Shown: positions 32,339 to 42,391, counted from the stretch's first letter. The stretch: DNA of 42,391 nucleotides from Nemertoderma westbladi (GCA_032718475.1 JAUCBJ010000197.1:1-42391), one strand, 5' to 3'. Translations and numbers: made by a program. The notes: generated by a model from the letters alone, not told the origin.

Positions 32339-34144
32339 ATGGCTGATCTCATGTCTTTCTTAGATGGTGAAGTCAAACTACAACTCATCAAGCAGTCCAG
32401 AGAGAAAACATCGGAAAATAAGGTAAGTGAGAAACCCGTTTCTAGGAGAAGGATAATACCAGTGTGTTATACTGACGATGGCGAAAGCCAAGCTTCTCAA
32501 GAAGAGGACAGCGGGAAAGACACAGCAAAATCTTACTATGGCAACAAGACCTATAAAGACGTAAGTAAATACAAGTCTCGAACCAGTGACAGGAGAGAAC
32601 AGGTAACAACAACTCCTCCTACGTCTCCTAAGAGAATTCACGGAAGAAAGCCCGAAGAAAGAACGAGAGTGCATAACGTTAACCAAGTTAAGGTGAGTAA
32701 CATCAAACCAAAATGTGCGCTGTGCGACGGGCCCCACCGTTTGAGTGCGTGTGCTGAATTTCTAAAGAAATCCCCTGTAGACAGACGTACAGTCCTGTGG
32801 AATAAGCGGTTATGCTATAATTGCCTCAGATCAGGACACCAACGGCGAACCTGTTACTCCGACGTAAAGTGTGCAAAGTGTGGCGCGAAACATCACATCT
32901 TGTTACACAGTGAGTTCGAACGAGACAACCCGAGTCAGGTAAGTGAGCCCGAACTACATGTCCAATTCAGTGATGTGAACGACACTGACCAAGGTTCTGA
33001 GTGGGAAGGATTCCATACAGACGAATTCTCCGATGCCAACGAATCCTGTTATCTAATAAATACCACAGTGTATCGAGCACTTACGTATGAAAAGGACACT
33101 GATGAGTTTACTCCAACTCCTTTTGACAAACAACCATCTTGGAAAGTTCCAACTTCCAACATAGGAATAAGAGAATTTCCTGTAGTGCAAGTGAGAGTTC
33201 ATGGTCTCAACAAGAGTTACATAGTGAACGCCCTACTTGACTCCGGCAGCACAGGAACATTCATCGATCAAGAACTAGCCGAAGATATCTTTGCTGGACA
33301 ACCCAAGTTCCGGACTAAATTGAATATGTCAGGAATTATGCAGGTTTGGAAATCTACCCTAACGGCAGATTACTATGTAGGTGAGTTGTCCACCCCCCAG
33401 GATAAATTAGGAGCACAAAGTATAAGGTCAGTAAAAATGGTGGCTATAAAGAACTTCGCTACTACCCAAGCAGACCTTTATAACTGGGACGAGGACGAGT
33501 GCATCCAACATCTTGAGATACCTCGATTCCAAACCGATTATCCTGGAGTGCAAATCCTCATCGGCCAAAACGCGCATGAGGCGCTCGAGACATTGGAGAA
33601 ACGGCCTGCTCAACCGCAGCCATTACAAACTTATGCGGTAAGAACTAGAGTAGGTTGGTACTTTACTGGCCCTTCCCGCAGAACTCTTGAAGAAAGATTG
33701 CCACAAGACCGGCTACTTCAAGTAAAGGATTGGGAAGAGGGGAGCAGTGAAGTGGACGAACCCACTGAGGTAACACCATACTCCTCAGATAATGACGATA
33801 TTAACTCCAATGTAGATCAATGGAGACATCGCCCCGAGATGATTAATCTAGCCGACATCGCTTCCAGAGGAGCAACTCCTCAAGAACGGATAGATACTCC
33901 CGGCTGGTTAGGTGGACCCGACTCCCTAAGTAAAGAAGAAGATGAATGGCCTCCTCATCTTACCACTGCGGAGATTAGACAGGCCAAGGGAGCGGAGGAA
34001 GTAACACGACAGCCTAATCGCCCAGCTGGTCGCTTAGGTTTACTGGAAAGAGACCGAAAACTGTCCGGAAACCATGGAAGGCAAGATACTCTTCCTACGA
34101 CCACTTCCCTAATCCGGCAAATATCTAGGGACTCCATAACGTGA
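32339..34144 (+). CDS. Gag zinc knuckles + aspartic protease + fused remnants of pol (RT, RNase H and integrase cores absent)
   Basis: Knuckles CALCDGPHRLSAC, CYNCLRSGHQRRTC and CAKCGAKHHILLH. Protease NALLDSGS, ILIGQN, AVRTRVGW. Then WRHRPEMINLADIASRG...WLGGPDSL...EWP (RNase H tail) and RPAGRLGLLE (integrase extreme C-terminus). No YxDD. Confidence 0.9.
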   Translation: MADLMSFLDGEVKLQLIKQSREKTSENKVSEKPVSRRRIIPVCYTDDGESQASQEEDSGKDTAKSYYGNKTYKDVSKYKSRTSDRREQVTTTPPTSPKRIHGRKPEERTRVHNVNQVKVSNIKPKCALCDGPHRLSACAEFLKKSPVDRRTVLWNKRLCYNCLRSGHQRRTCYSDVKCAKCGAKHHILLHSEFERDNPSQVSEPELHVQFSDVNDTDQGSEWEGFHTDEFSDANESCYLINTTVYRALTYEKDTDEFTPTPFDKQPSWKVPTSNIGIREFPVVQVRVHGLNKSYIVNALLDSGSTGTFIDQELAEDIFAGQPKFRTKLNMSGIMQVWKSTLTADYYVGELSTPQDKLGAQSIRSVKMVAIKNFATTQADLYNWDEDECIQHLEIPRFQTDYPGVQILIGQNAHEALETLEKRPAQPQPLQTYAVRTRVGWYFTGPSRRTLEERLPQDRLLQVKDWEEGSSEVDEPTEVTPYSSDNDDINSNVDQWRHRPEMINLADIASRGATPQERIDTPGWLGGPDSLSKEEDEWPPHLTTAEIRQAKGAEEVTRQPNRPAGRLGLLERDRKLSGNHGRQDTLPTTTSLIRQISRDSIT

Positions 34145-35569
34145 TAGCATGTGGAGTGGGCGTGTGACTATATCATTTTATATTTGTTTTTATTTTATAT
34201 TTATGTATGTATTATTATGTAATTTTATTATAATCGTTTTCTTTAATTTTATTTAGTAGAATGTTATTTTAGAATATTTAGTAAATTAGTGCAATCTATT
34301 AGTGTTTATTACGTACATAATTACTTATAATATATATTTAGTGCGACGGCAAGAAGTAATTATTTTCTCTTTCCTTACTGTCCGTATTATATTATAAATG
34401 CGAGACTATAGTAAGATGACATGTCAGTACTTCTTAAAGTACAATAAAGCCACTACTATATTTAAGTATTATTGGTAGGCAGAGTATTAGGAATGCAAAG
34501 TTCAGATCCTCGTGTCTCGGCTAAACCAAGCTCTGGGTAGACCTTGGAAACGACTTGCCTCTTCACACTGACATTGCTTCATGCGATATTGCTCTTCTAC
34601 CTTATAACAAATAATACATATAGTAGCGTGATGTCCCTCTAGCAGTAGCGTAAATCGCAAATAAATCTGTTAAACTTTTGACCTTCTGTAATTCTAGTCG
34701 ATTAAGATATCGTGGCACCCACCGATATACTTGAAAGACAAATTCTAGAATCAGTGGTTAACGTCCCCAGACAAGTTCTGGAATAAATCGGTGCCCATCC
34801 TAAATATTAATTTAATATTTATTAAAATCTGTAAAATCCCGATCCTTTAAAATTTCTAGTCAATTAAGATATCGCAGTATTTACCGATATTCTTAGAAGT
34901 ACTATTTTATAGAATTAAGGATCCTAAGTCCCCAGATATGCTCTGGAATAAAATTTGTGTCAATTTAACATCAAATAATAAAATTCACGGGAATAAATTT
35001 AAATTCATATTCAAATGAATTTCATAAATTGTCATTTTGTGCAATTTATAACATTCCCAAAATTCCAGTAATTAATAGATCATGGGAGCGGAGATTCATA
35101 TTGAGTGTACTAGAGTGCGAGAATCTCCAACATATAGTCAATAGCCAATAAAATTTATAAAATCATACATAAAGAGGATATTGACAACTAAAGAATTACT
35201 ATTAAATAACATCCCAGATCTGTATGCATGAGAATTACCCTAATTCTACCGCTAGTTTTCCATAATGTCACCATGGCAACACCCACGCTAGAATTAGAAG
35301 CAAGTTAAAGGAACAATAACAAGCTTGCCCCATTGCGTAGCATAAGAGTATACATAGCGCACTATTAGTATCCAAGGATACATAGTAATAACGTGACATT
35401 CTGGAAGACACTGACTAACGGACAAATGGCATGCATGCGTGCAGTAAGTAATGATTGTATGGAATTTGTGCGTTTATAGGTGAATGTTACTACTAAAGTG
35501 TGTTTACAGTAGCTAATCGCAATTGTAAAGTAGCCCTAACTCTACCGAGATAACCTCAAGTGGATTCAA

Positions 35570-35722
35570 GCTTTTGGGACGGACAGTGGTGGGACTTGTG
35601 CCGGTTATCGTTGTCATGCTGTTGCTACATGTTGGCGTAAACACCGCGACAACGGTACATCGGCGCTGAGAAACCCACTGTCCGGGGGCAAAGCCTAGTA
35701 GGCAGCGACGCCCGCTTGCCTA
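35570..35722 (+). other. Long nested RNA stem-loop plus small hairpin directly upstream of ORF3
   Basis: Nested stems CGGACAGTGG (35580-35589)/CCACTGTCCG (35675-35684), GTGCCGG/TCGGCGC and TATCGTTGTC/GACAACGGTA. Then TAGGCA-GCG...CGC-T-TGCCTA. Confidence 0.7.
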
Positions 35723-35764
35723 AATATTAACTCATATTGATATTAATAAACTCAGATAGCAGAT

Positions 35765-37213
35765 ATGACGGAATTGATAGAAGATGACCTTGGTATTAGA
35801 GAGCGATATACTCTACCTTTACAAGCGTTTGTGGATAGCTTGATACGCGGTGAAGCCGATCCGACTATTACGGAGGACGATGGTCGTTATATCGAACCGC
35901 CGATGTCCCAAGAGCAACTTACGCGTGAATTGGACTATTGAAAATTAACCGCTCGCTATACGCATCGTAATGGTACGTATATGGACTTCTTAACTACCGG
36001 CCATCCTATCGATTTACATGATACGGACGATGTAGACACCGAAAGGGAAATGGTTCTATTTAAATATCATACCCAGCGGCGTCGTAACGATAAACCGAGA
36101 ATAGATCACGAAAATTCTATTCGTAACAGACTGGGAAGACGAACCAATATGTCTAGAATCTGAGGAGATTCAGCCTATCGCGCTCGGAACAGCGACAACG
36201 ATTACATCCTAGAATGGTATCAAAGTCCACAGTGTCTCACTGCGTACGATTATCGCCATGCCAACTATGTTTCTCGGCAACGTTGTCGGTTATGCGCATC
36301 GAGAGACCATGTTACGCCCATGGACACAAACGTCCGCTGTTCCTATTTCCACGAACAACCGGCGATGGAAATTTATTGCGCGTATTGCAGATTTAATAAT
36401 TTGCACATTTTTGCGGTTTGCCCTCAATTTATGACTCAATGTCACCATTGTCAACTAAAGGGACATGCCAGTTTCGATTGCCCTTTTAATCACGATTTGG
36501 AAAGCGTAGATGAAATGATCACACTACGTTACATCAGAGCTTGGGAAGCGAACACTGATTTATATTGTGATTCGCGCCATCGCTATTATCCCGGACGCGC
36601 TTACGAAGGAGTTTATGCGTTACATCTTTATCTATTCGCTTCGGTTGAACAGAAATCACGCATATCAAGTTACGAGCTACTGAAGCGCGTCGGAGAATGT
36701 ATTTCAACCAAATTCGTACGCAAATTTCTCAGGAGTGTTAATCCTAGCGACCTTCATTCCTATAACTTAATCAATCATATCCGTCAGGATCCGGACTATG
36801 GAGAATTGTTTGTTAACTCACACCCTGAGTTACAGGAAGTATATCGACGGCCTTACGAATACCGAGCCCGCGAACGCGAGTTGGAAAGAACCATTAAACC
36901 AAGGAAGTTTCTAACTGCCTATGGTCCACCCACGGCCCTCGTTCAGACCACTCGTAAAGGACCCGTAAGAGCGGCTGTCTTGAAACGAGCTCTCAAAGCC
37001 GTTAGACCCCTCTCCCCGGACGTTGATGTCAATCAACCCGGTACTTCGACCGGCGGATATACCGATCGCAATCCCATACCTTCTGATGCAATCATATTGC
37101 ACCCTTCACCCAGGAGTTATAGCCCTCCTCGTAAAGTGGCTCGCCCCAAAGAGAAAAGGACTCTTGCTAGCTTTAAAAAACTGCGTAAACTCCGTCCGCG
37201 CAAGAAAGACTAA
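35765..37213 (+). pseudogene. Accessory ORF3 (~482 codons, two in-frame TGA) with three Cys/His knuckle-like motifs and a basic C-terminus
   Basis: ATG 35765, ORF 35981 and ORF 36320 share one frame, broken only by TGA at 35939 and 36161. Motifs CRLCASRDH...C, CAYCRFNNLHIFAVC and CHHCQLKGHASFDC. C-terminus KKLRKLRPRKKD. Confidence 0.8.
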
Positions 37214-37291
37214 CTGTTTAGAGTATTTTTATATTTTAGAAACTGTGATTTTGTATATTTTATAGACTTAAATCCCATTTTCTGGGAGCGG

Positions 37292-38505
37292 TGTAAAAGC
37301 TTTTGTGGGATAACTGATACGTTTGCCTTTGCTGGCCAGTTCCCCCCCAGTCGCTAGAATACTCTCAAAGGGATTTATAACTAAAATAGTGCAAGCTACC
37401 AGCTTATTGGCTGATGTGCTGTACGGAGATATCTGGGCTCAGTTTAATCGGCCAACTAGCTTAGAGAGGTTGCCTTAGCCTTGCTGTTCGTGTCGGCCAA
37501 TAGAATTTGCGTAGGCGTTGATTTCGACCTATCCCAGCGCTACTGAACTGAATTTCCTATCTCTATGCTCATCCTCTGTGTTGAACGGGGCTTCGTGGAA
37601 TAAGAGTTTTTGGTATACTCGTATAGTGGTAGTAGTCATATAATTTTATATGATTCTGTTGTTGTGTTCCCATTTTCGCCATAACACCGGCTTTTGGGAA
37701 GAACTCTAGTAAAACTGCTTAAATTATCGAAAGTATAAACTGTTACCTAACTCACGAATCCTAACTAACTAACGCATCTTAACATACTCACTTAATTTAA
37801 CTGCATTAATCATATTGTTTGTACTGTTATTTTACTGTCAGTTATTAATTGTACCTATTTGTTGATGGAAATATTGCTCTTTGGATAATACGGATAAATC
37901 ACCCAAATTTCCCAATTTTCTTGATACACTACAGGTTAGAGAGGCGGGCTATATATAACAATTGCGATTTATATTAATGTGGTGTGTATTGAATCTAATG
38001 TTATTTAGCAGACCCTACATGAGTCAATTACTGCTCTCTTTATGTGTGATCAAATGTACTGACGGTCGGCAGAATAGTGTGCATGATTGTGATTGGTAAC
38101 AAAGCATTTCCTAAAGAATGCGCTTTATACTTTAATCATAAGCAGTATCGTTGCGTTTAGTATAAGTCCTAGTTCTGTTTAAATAGATAGAGCGCCACGT
38201 CCTAAAGGAACTGTTAATATTTCCCGAAAGCCAATAATATCTGTCAGAAATTAATTATTAACGATCTATCGAATAATACAGTAAGTTTACACTGCAACCT
38301 TACACTGCAATAATAAAATTTAAGCATCCGAATTCAGCCTCCCGGGTGTAGATCCATCGGGTGAATGATCGCGCATGGGCTGACTTCGGCTAATGTTTTG
38401 TGTATTAGCATAAAATATTGTCGTATGCTAAAGGTGTTTTAATTAACTAAAAGACATATAAATTTTGGCAGGTTAAACTGCTAAAGGTCTTCAAAAGCGC
38501 GAACA
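37292..38505 (+). repeat. 3' LTR of copy B
   Basis: Starts TGTAAAAGC after the PPT; ends GCGAACA before the TSD CTTGT. Confidence 0.98.
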
Positions 38506-39082
38506 CTTGTTTCATCACGCCAATCATCAATTAATCATATTTTGGATTGGCTGGAATTTTAAAAAAATGTTAACCATATTGTAGTTGCAAATTACTCAAT
38601 ACAGCAAACCCTTACCAGTTAAGTTAAATGCAGTCGGACAAAAATGTAGAATTCCGACAAAGTTATATTCTGTTGAGCCTTTGAGCAGATGAGGATTATG
38701 AAAGTTGAATGTTCATGAATATATAACTAGTATAATAAATAACTCACACTAACTAAGTGCGCACCATCGGTGAGTAACATATGTCAAAAATACCGAATTG
38801 TCTCGCTTCGTATTTTAAGACCCACCCTTGTGGTGCATTAATGTCCAACTAACATGTATAAACTGAAACTTAAATAAATTCTTGAACCTGAATCAATCTC
38901 CGTTATTATCATCCAATGAGCGGACAGTTATTTTAGCGCATATACCGAGATTTACATTCCTAACATGTAGTGATTTATTATTACGCTAGGTGGCGTCATT
39001 TCTTTACTAATCTAAATCAACCAAAAATGAGTGAATTAAAACCAACATGTTTTACCTTTTTTTGCAGAAAATTAGTGAATAA

Positions 39083-40035
39083 TTAGTAACCATAGTAACA
39101 GCACGACCAATAAAGTAACAGCACGACTAATAAAGTAATAGCACGACCAATAAAGTAACAGCACGACCAATAAAGTAACAGCACGACCAATAAAGTAACA
39201 GCACGACCAATAAAGTAACACCACGACCAATAAAGTAACAGCACGACCAATAAAGTAACAGCACGACCAATAAAGTAACAGCTCGACCAATAAAGTAACA
39301 GCACGACCAATAAAGTAACAGCACGACCAATAAAGTAACAGCACGACCAATAAATCTTGGTAAGTCTGAATAATTAGTAACAGCACGACCAATAAATTAA
39401 CAGCACGACCAATAAAGTAATAGCACGACCAATAAATCTTGGTAAGTCTAAATAATTAGTAACAGCACGACCAATAAAGTAACAGCACGACCAATAAAGT
39501 AATAGCACGACCAATAAATCTTGGTAAGTCTAAATAATTAGTAACAGCACGACCAATAAATCTTGGTAAGTCTGAATAATTAGTAACAGCACGACCAATA
39601 AATCTTGGTAAGTCTGAATAATTAGTAACAGCACGACCAATAAATCTTGGTAAGTCTGAATAATTAGTAACAGCACGACCAATAAATATTGGTAAGTCTG
39701 AATAATTAGTAACAGCACGACCAATAAATCTTGGTAAGTCTGAATAATTAGTAACAGCACGACCAATAAATATTGGTAAGTCTGAATAATTAGTAACAGC
39801 ACGACCAATAAATATTGGTAAGTCTGAATAATTAGTAACAGCACGACCAATAAATCTTGGTAAGTCTAAATAATTAGTAACAGCACGACCAATAAATCTT
39901 GGTAAGTTTGAATAATTAGTAACAGCACGACCAATAAATCTTGGTAAGTCTGAATAATTAGTAACAGCACGACCAATAAATATTGGTAAGTCTGAATAAT
40001 TAGTAACAGCACGACCAATAAATCTTGGTAAGTCT
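39083..40035. repeat. Compound minisatellite: 20-bp unit AGTAACAGCACGACCAATAA grading into a 42-bp unit (+ATCTTGGTAAGTCTGAATAATT)
   Basis: Read directly. It explains the repetitive minus-strand ORFs at 39072-40075. Confidence 0.97.
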
Positions 40036-40420
40036 TTGTGGGAAAAGTGATTATCATGCTCTTGGGCTTGATCAATTATTGAGGAGTGCGTTTGGGTAGC
40101 AACTGCTGCCTCACCATGCAGTTCGTGGAGAATTTCCTACTGTAGGTACTCTGAGATTCTTATCGTGTAAGTTCGGATTTACCCATGTAGCCGGCATGGC
40201 AGCTGGCGCACTTGAATTGATATAGGGCAAGGAGTATAATTGCATAAGGAGTCGATCCTTGAAGGTAAATTATTATTTACCTTATTTACCTTATTTTATT
40301 TACCTTATTTTTGAGATTAAAATATGATCTTAAAATCTATTTGTGGGCACGTGCAGCCTATTACTTCCAGGTGTTGTTGAATTTGAAGGGACATAGTTCC
40401 TAAATGGAAAGAATTAGATA
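40030..40420 (-). pseudogene. Penelope-like element remnant: linker + GIY-YIG endonuclease
   Basis: Hand translation across frameshifts: HLGTMSLQI...PQIDFKIIF / FKDRL / LYQFKCASCHAGYMGKS / IRISEYL / GNSPRT / HSSIIDQ. This matches the PLE pattern FKDRLP...VVYxFxCxxCxAxYIGxT...RISEH..S.RTG...SAI. Confidence 0.75.
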
Positions 40421-40439
40421 CACAGGTTTCTTAGCAGTA

Positions 40440-40800
40440 GTGTGAACTGGGGGGAGTGTTTGCTGTGGAGGATATCAATTACACTCTTCCTATCATCTCC
40501 TAGGTAGATGACATCGACGAAGTTTAGAACTCCCCCAGTCTCACTACGTGTAACCCACCGGACTGCGATACGAACCTTACAGTAGGTCAACAGCAGGGGT
40601 GAGTCTGCCAGTGGGGGGGAGGCATCCAGATCATGCGTTGGCGTCATTGTGTTGCAATGACGTAACGAAATCCATTGCCTAATTGGTCTGCAGTCTGATG
40701 AAGTCGCGGCCTACTGCCCCACCAGGTAACCGATATTTTAATACTCTAAGCTGGTTAGTGTCCCACTGTTGGAACATGTTGTCGGGCGGCCCATCTTCCA
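40440..40800 (-). pseudogene. Fragment of a CRE-like non-LTR retrotransposon, region N-terminal to RT
   Basis: YRLPGGAVGRDFIRL followed by KVRIAVRWVTRSETGGVL...SVIDILHSKHSP. Resembles the P.G.VG..F and G..R.AVR......GGVL....V.D.L..KHP motifs I recall from CRE-clade ORFs. Confidence 0.5.
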
Positions 40801-41555
40801 AACAATGGACCTTTTAGAAAATAAACTTCATTAAAATTACCAATACAGTAGCCTACATGTACTGCAGGCCTACAGTGACGGTAATCAGAATATACAATAC
40901 TGCAGGAGGATCATAGGATCATTACATGAAGCAGCATACAAGATACCATAGTAACAACCAAAAATATAATATATATAACCAAAAATATAACCAAAAATAT
41001 AACCAAAAATAGCACATAAATATATTATATGAGTATCATCACTCTGAGTTGTGCAGCAATTCAAGAATGTCAGAACATGGTCCGAAGTTTTATTACCTTG
41101 TGTGAAAATTCTGTTTTTGTGTTACAATAGTAGGGCTATAATATATTAGGTGGAATTTCAACAAAATAATTAGTATGAAATGACGGCACATTAATGTAAA
41201 AAAAAGAGTCTGTAGTCATCTTTAAAAAACATCATCTACATAATTCCCAAGTAATTTGGACTTTTCAGAAGCTGATGAATGAAGATATAGAAGAGATATA
41301 TACATGTAGCTGTTATCCATAGTAGAACTCAAGAGCAAGAAGAGTCCCAGAAGCTGATATGTGATCGATTACTTTCATACTACTTACTACAGTTGCGATG
41401 ACAACAATACAATAAAAATTCTAGATATTGGTACAGTTACCACGACCAGAGTACTTAATAATACATACAGTAAAAGTTATGTAATCGTAGTTTAGGCCAC
41501 TATGTACAATAATACATTATAATTATGTAGCCACGCTCCTGTCAAACCTATTAAA

Positions 41556-41990
41556 ATGTCGCTGCGATATCTGTTCGACAGGCCATGGGAGGATAAATTG
41601 GAGAGAAGGAATTGGATAATTCTTTGGTATAATATTTGGAAGGAATTTGATGATGAAAATAATAGCGAACTAAATGTTATCGTCGATAAATTAAAGAAAT
41701 TTAATGAAGAGTTGGAAGAGAAAGTAACGTCTGCAATAAACCACCTAGGGTTCGAAGATTTGAGCTGCGTGAAACGTATGGATTATTTTTGGAAAAAAAT
41801 AGTGGATGAACAAATAGCTATATTGGAAATGTACAAACCCGATCCGCTGACCATTGATAAAAATAAAAAATATAAAAAAATAAAAATTATCAATAAATGT
41901 TTACATGAACTTAATAAGACGTTGGACAATAATGTTGATGAGTGGAAAAAAGAGTTTAAAGAAATAAAGAAGGAACTTAATTTCAGGTAA
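41556..41990 (+). CDS. Orphan ~144-aa protein (or first coding exon); paralogue of 8740-9165
   Basis: Motifs MSLRYLxDRPW, WYNIWKEF, VKRMDY, KIVDEQIAILE and TLDN..DEWKKEFKE are shared. Upstream and immediate downstream DNA is also homologous. Confidence 0.6.
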   Translation: MSLRYLFDRPWEDKLERRNWIILWYNIWKEFDDENNSELNVIVDKLKKFNEELEEKVTSAINHLGFEDLSCVKRMDYFWKKIVDEQIAILEMYKPDPLTIDKNKKYKKIKIINKCLHELNKTLDNNVDEWKKEFKEIKKELNFR

Positions 41991-42032
41991 AAGTACCGGT
42001 CTGATTACTTTGTTCCCGATTTTGCTATTTCA

Positions 42033-42077
42033 TACCGGCACTTATTCGATATATACCATATCGAATAAGTGCCTGTA
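42033..42077. repeat. Perfect 16-bp hairpin between TA dinucleotides (possible minimal Tc1/mariner-type MITE)
   Basis: TA-CC-GGCACTTATTCGATAT-ATACC-ATATCGAATAAGTGCC-TG-TA. Confidence 0.6.
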
Positions 42078-42391
42078 TACCTTCAAAATGTCGGCATTAC
42101 TTCACCTTGGGTCACCATTTTCAACGAACTGTTTGATAGTGTTAACTGTGTTTTTATGTTAAATTACTTCATGTGTGATTGTTCCCTAAAGGACTAAAGT
42201 AGGCCTACGTTTTTAAACAAAAATTGTTGTTCCAGAACACTTAGCCATTAATAGCTAATTTCAGCAGATAGCGTTTAAATTCAGACATAGTACGTAGTTT
42301 TTTCATATGAAAAAGGCTTTTATCCTGACGTTTTTGTTCTAGAGCAAATAGTTGACCTTCTGTCAGTTATAATGGTAGCTAGTAATTTAAT

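Larger units (their letters stand above)
26999..38505 (+). mobile_element. Complete non-autonomous BEL/Pao LTR retrotransposon, copy B (11,507 bp)
   Basis: Two 1214-bp LTRs (TG...CA). 5-bp TSD CTTGT at 26994-26998 and 38506-38510. PPT GGGAGCGG at 37284-37291. BEL-type triple zinc knuckle and protease. Confidence 0.97.

Noticed and set aside
36320-37213. ORF3 as an env gene, or CSD ORF + CCHC ORF as a split Lin28
   Set aside because: No signal peptide or transmembrane helix. The CCHC ORF lies inside a recent TSD-bounded insertion 11 kb from the CSD ORF, so proximity looks coincidental.
39072-40075. Hydrophobic repeat ORFs (VVLLLYWSCCYFIGRAVTLL; VVLLLIIQTYQDLL) and a CRISPR-like repeat/spacer look
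   Set aside because: These are translations of the minisatellite. The 22-bp 'spacers' are near-identical to each other and there are no cas genes.
40460-40560. GGVLNFVDVI as Penelope RT motif (G.L.FLDV), or YLGDD as an RT active site
   Set aside because: The flanking AVRW...GGVL...V.DIL.SKH pattern and upstream PGGAVGRDF fit a CRE-like pre-RT region better.

Overview
AT-rich, repeat-dense animal (probably invertebrate) genomic DNA. I found no prokaryotic features. The window is dominated by two members of one BEL/Pao LTR-retrotransposon family. One is complete and young (26999-38505, +): 1214-bp near-identical LTRs, a CTTGT target-site duplication, Gag plus protease, RT/RNase H/integrase cores deleted in frame, and an extra zinc-knuckle ORF behind a long RNA hairpin. 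The other is a divergent copy running off the left edge (1-4670, -). Neither has a tRNA-type primer-binding site; the 11-13 nt right after the 5' LTR are exactly complementary to a conserved site inside the LTR, the geometry of Tf1-type self-priming. This is the top finding. Other elements: a full-length decayed RTE LINE, Penelope-like remnants (hammerhead-bearing terminal repeat, GIY-YIG fragment that seeded a minisatellite), a CRE-like fragment, Gypsy-integrase and DEDDy-exonuclease fragments, and several MITEs (one Kolobok-type, two carrying octamer + CTCF-like motifs). Candidate host genes: a ~570-aa ORF of five tandem, Cys-decorated Lin28-like cold-shock domains, and a pair of ~140-aa orphan paralogues 33 kb apart. 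All family assignments come from motif recognition by eye, not database searches.
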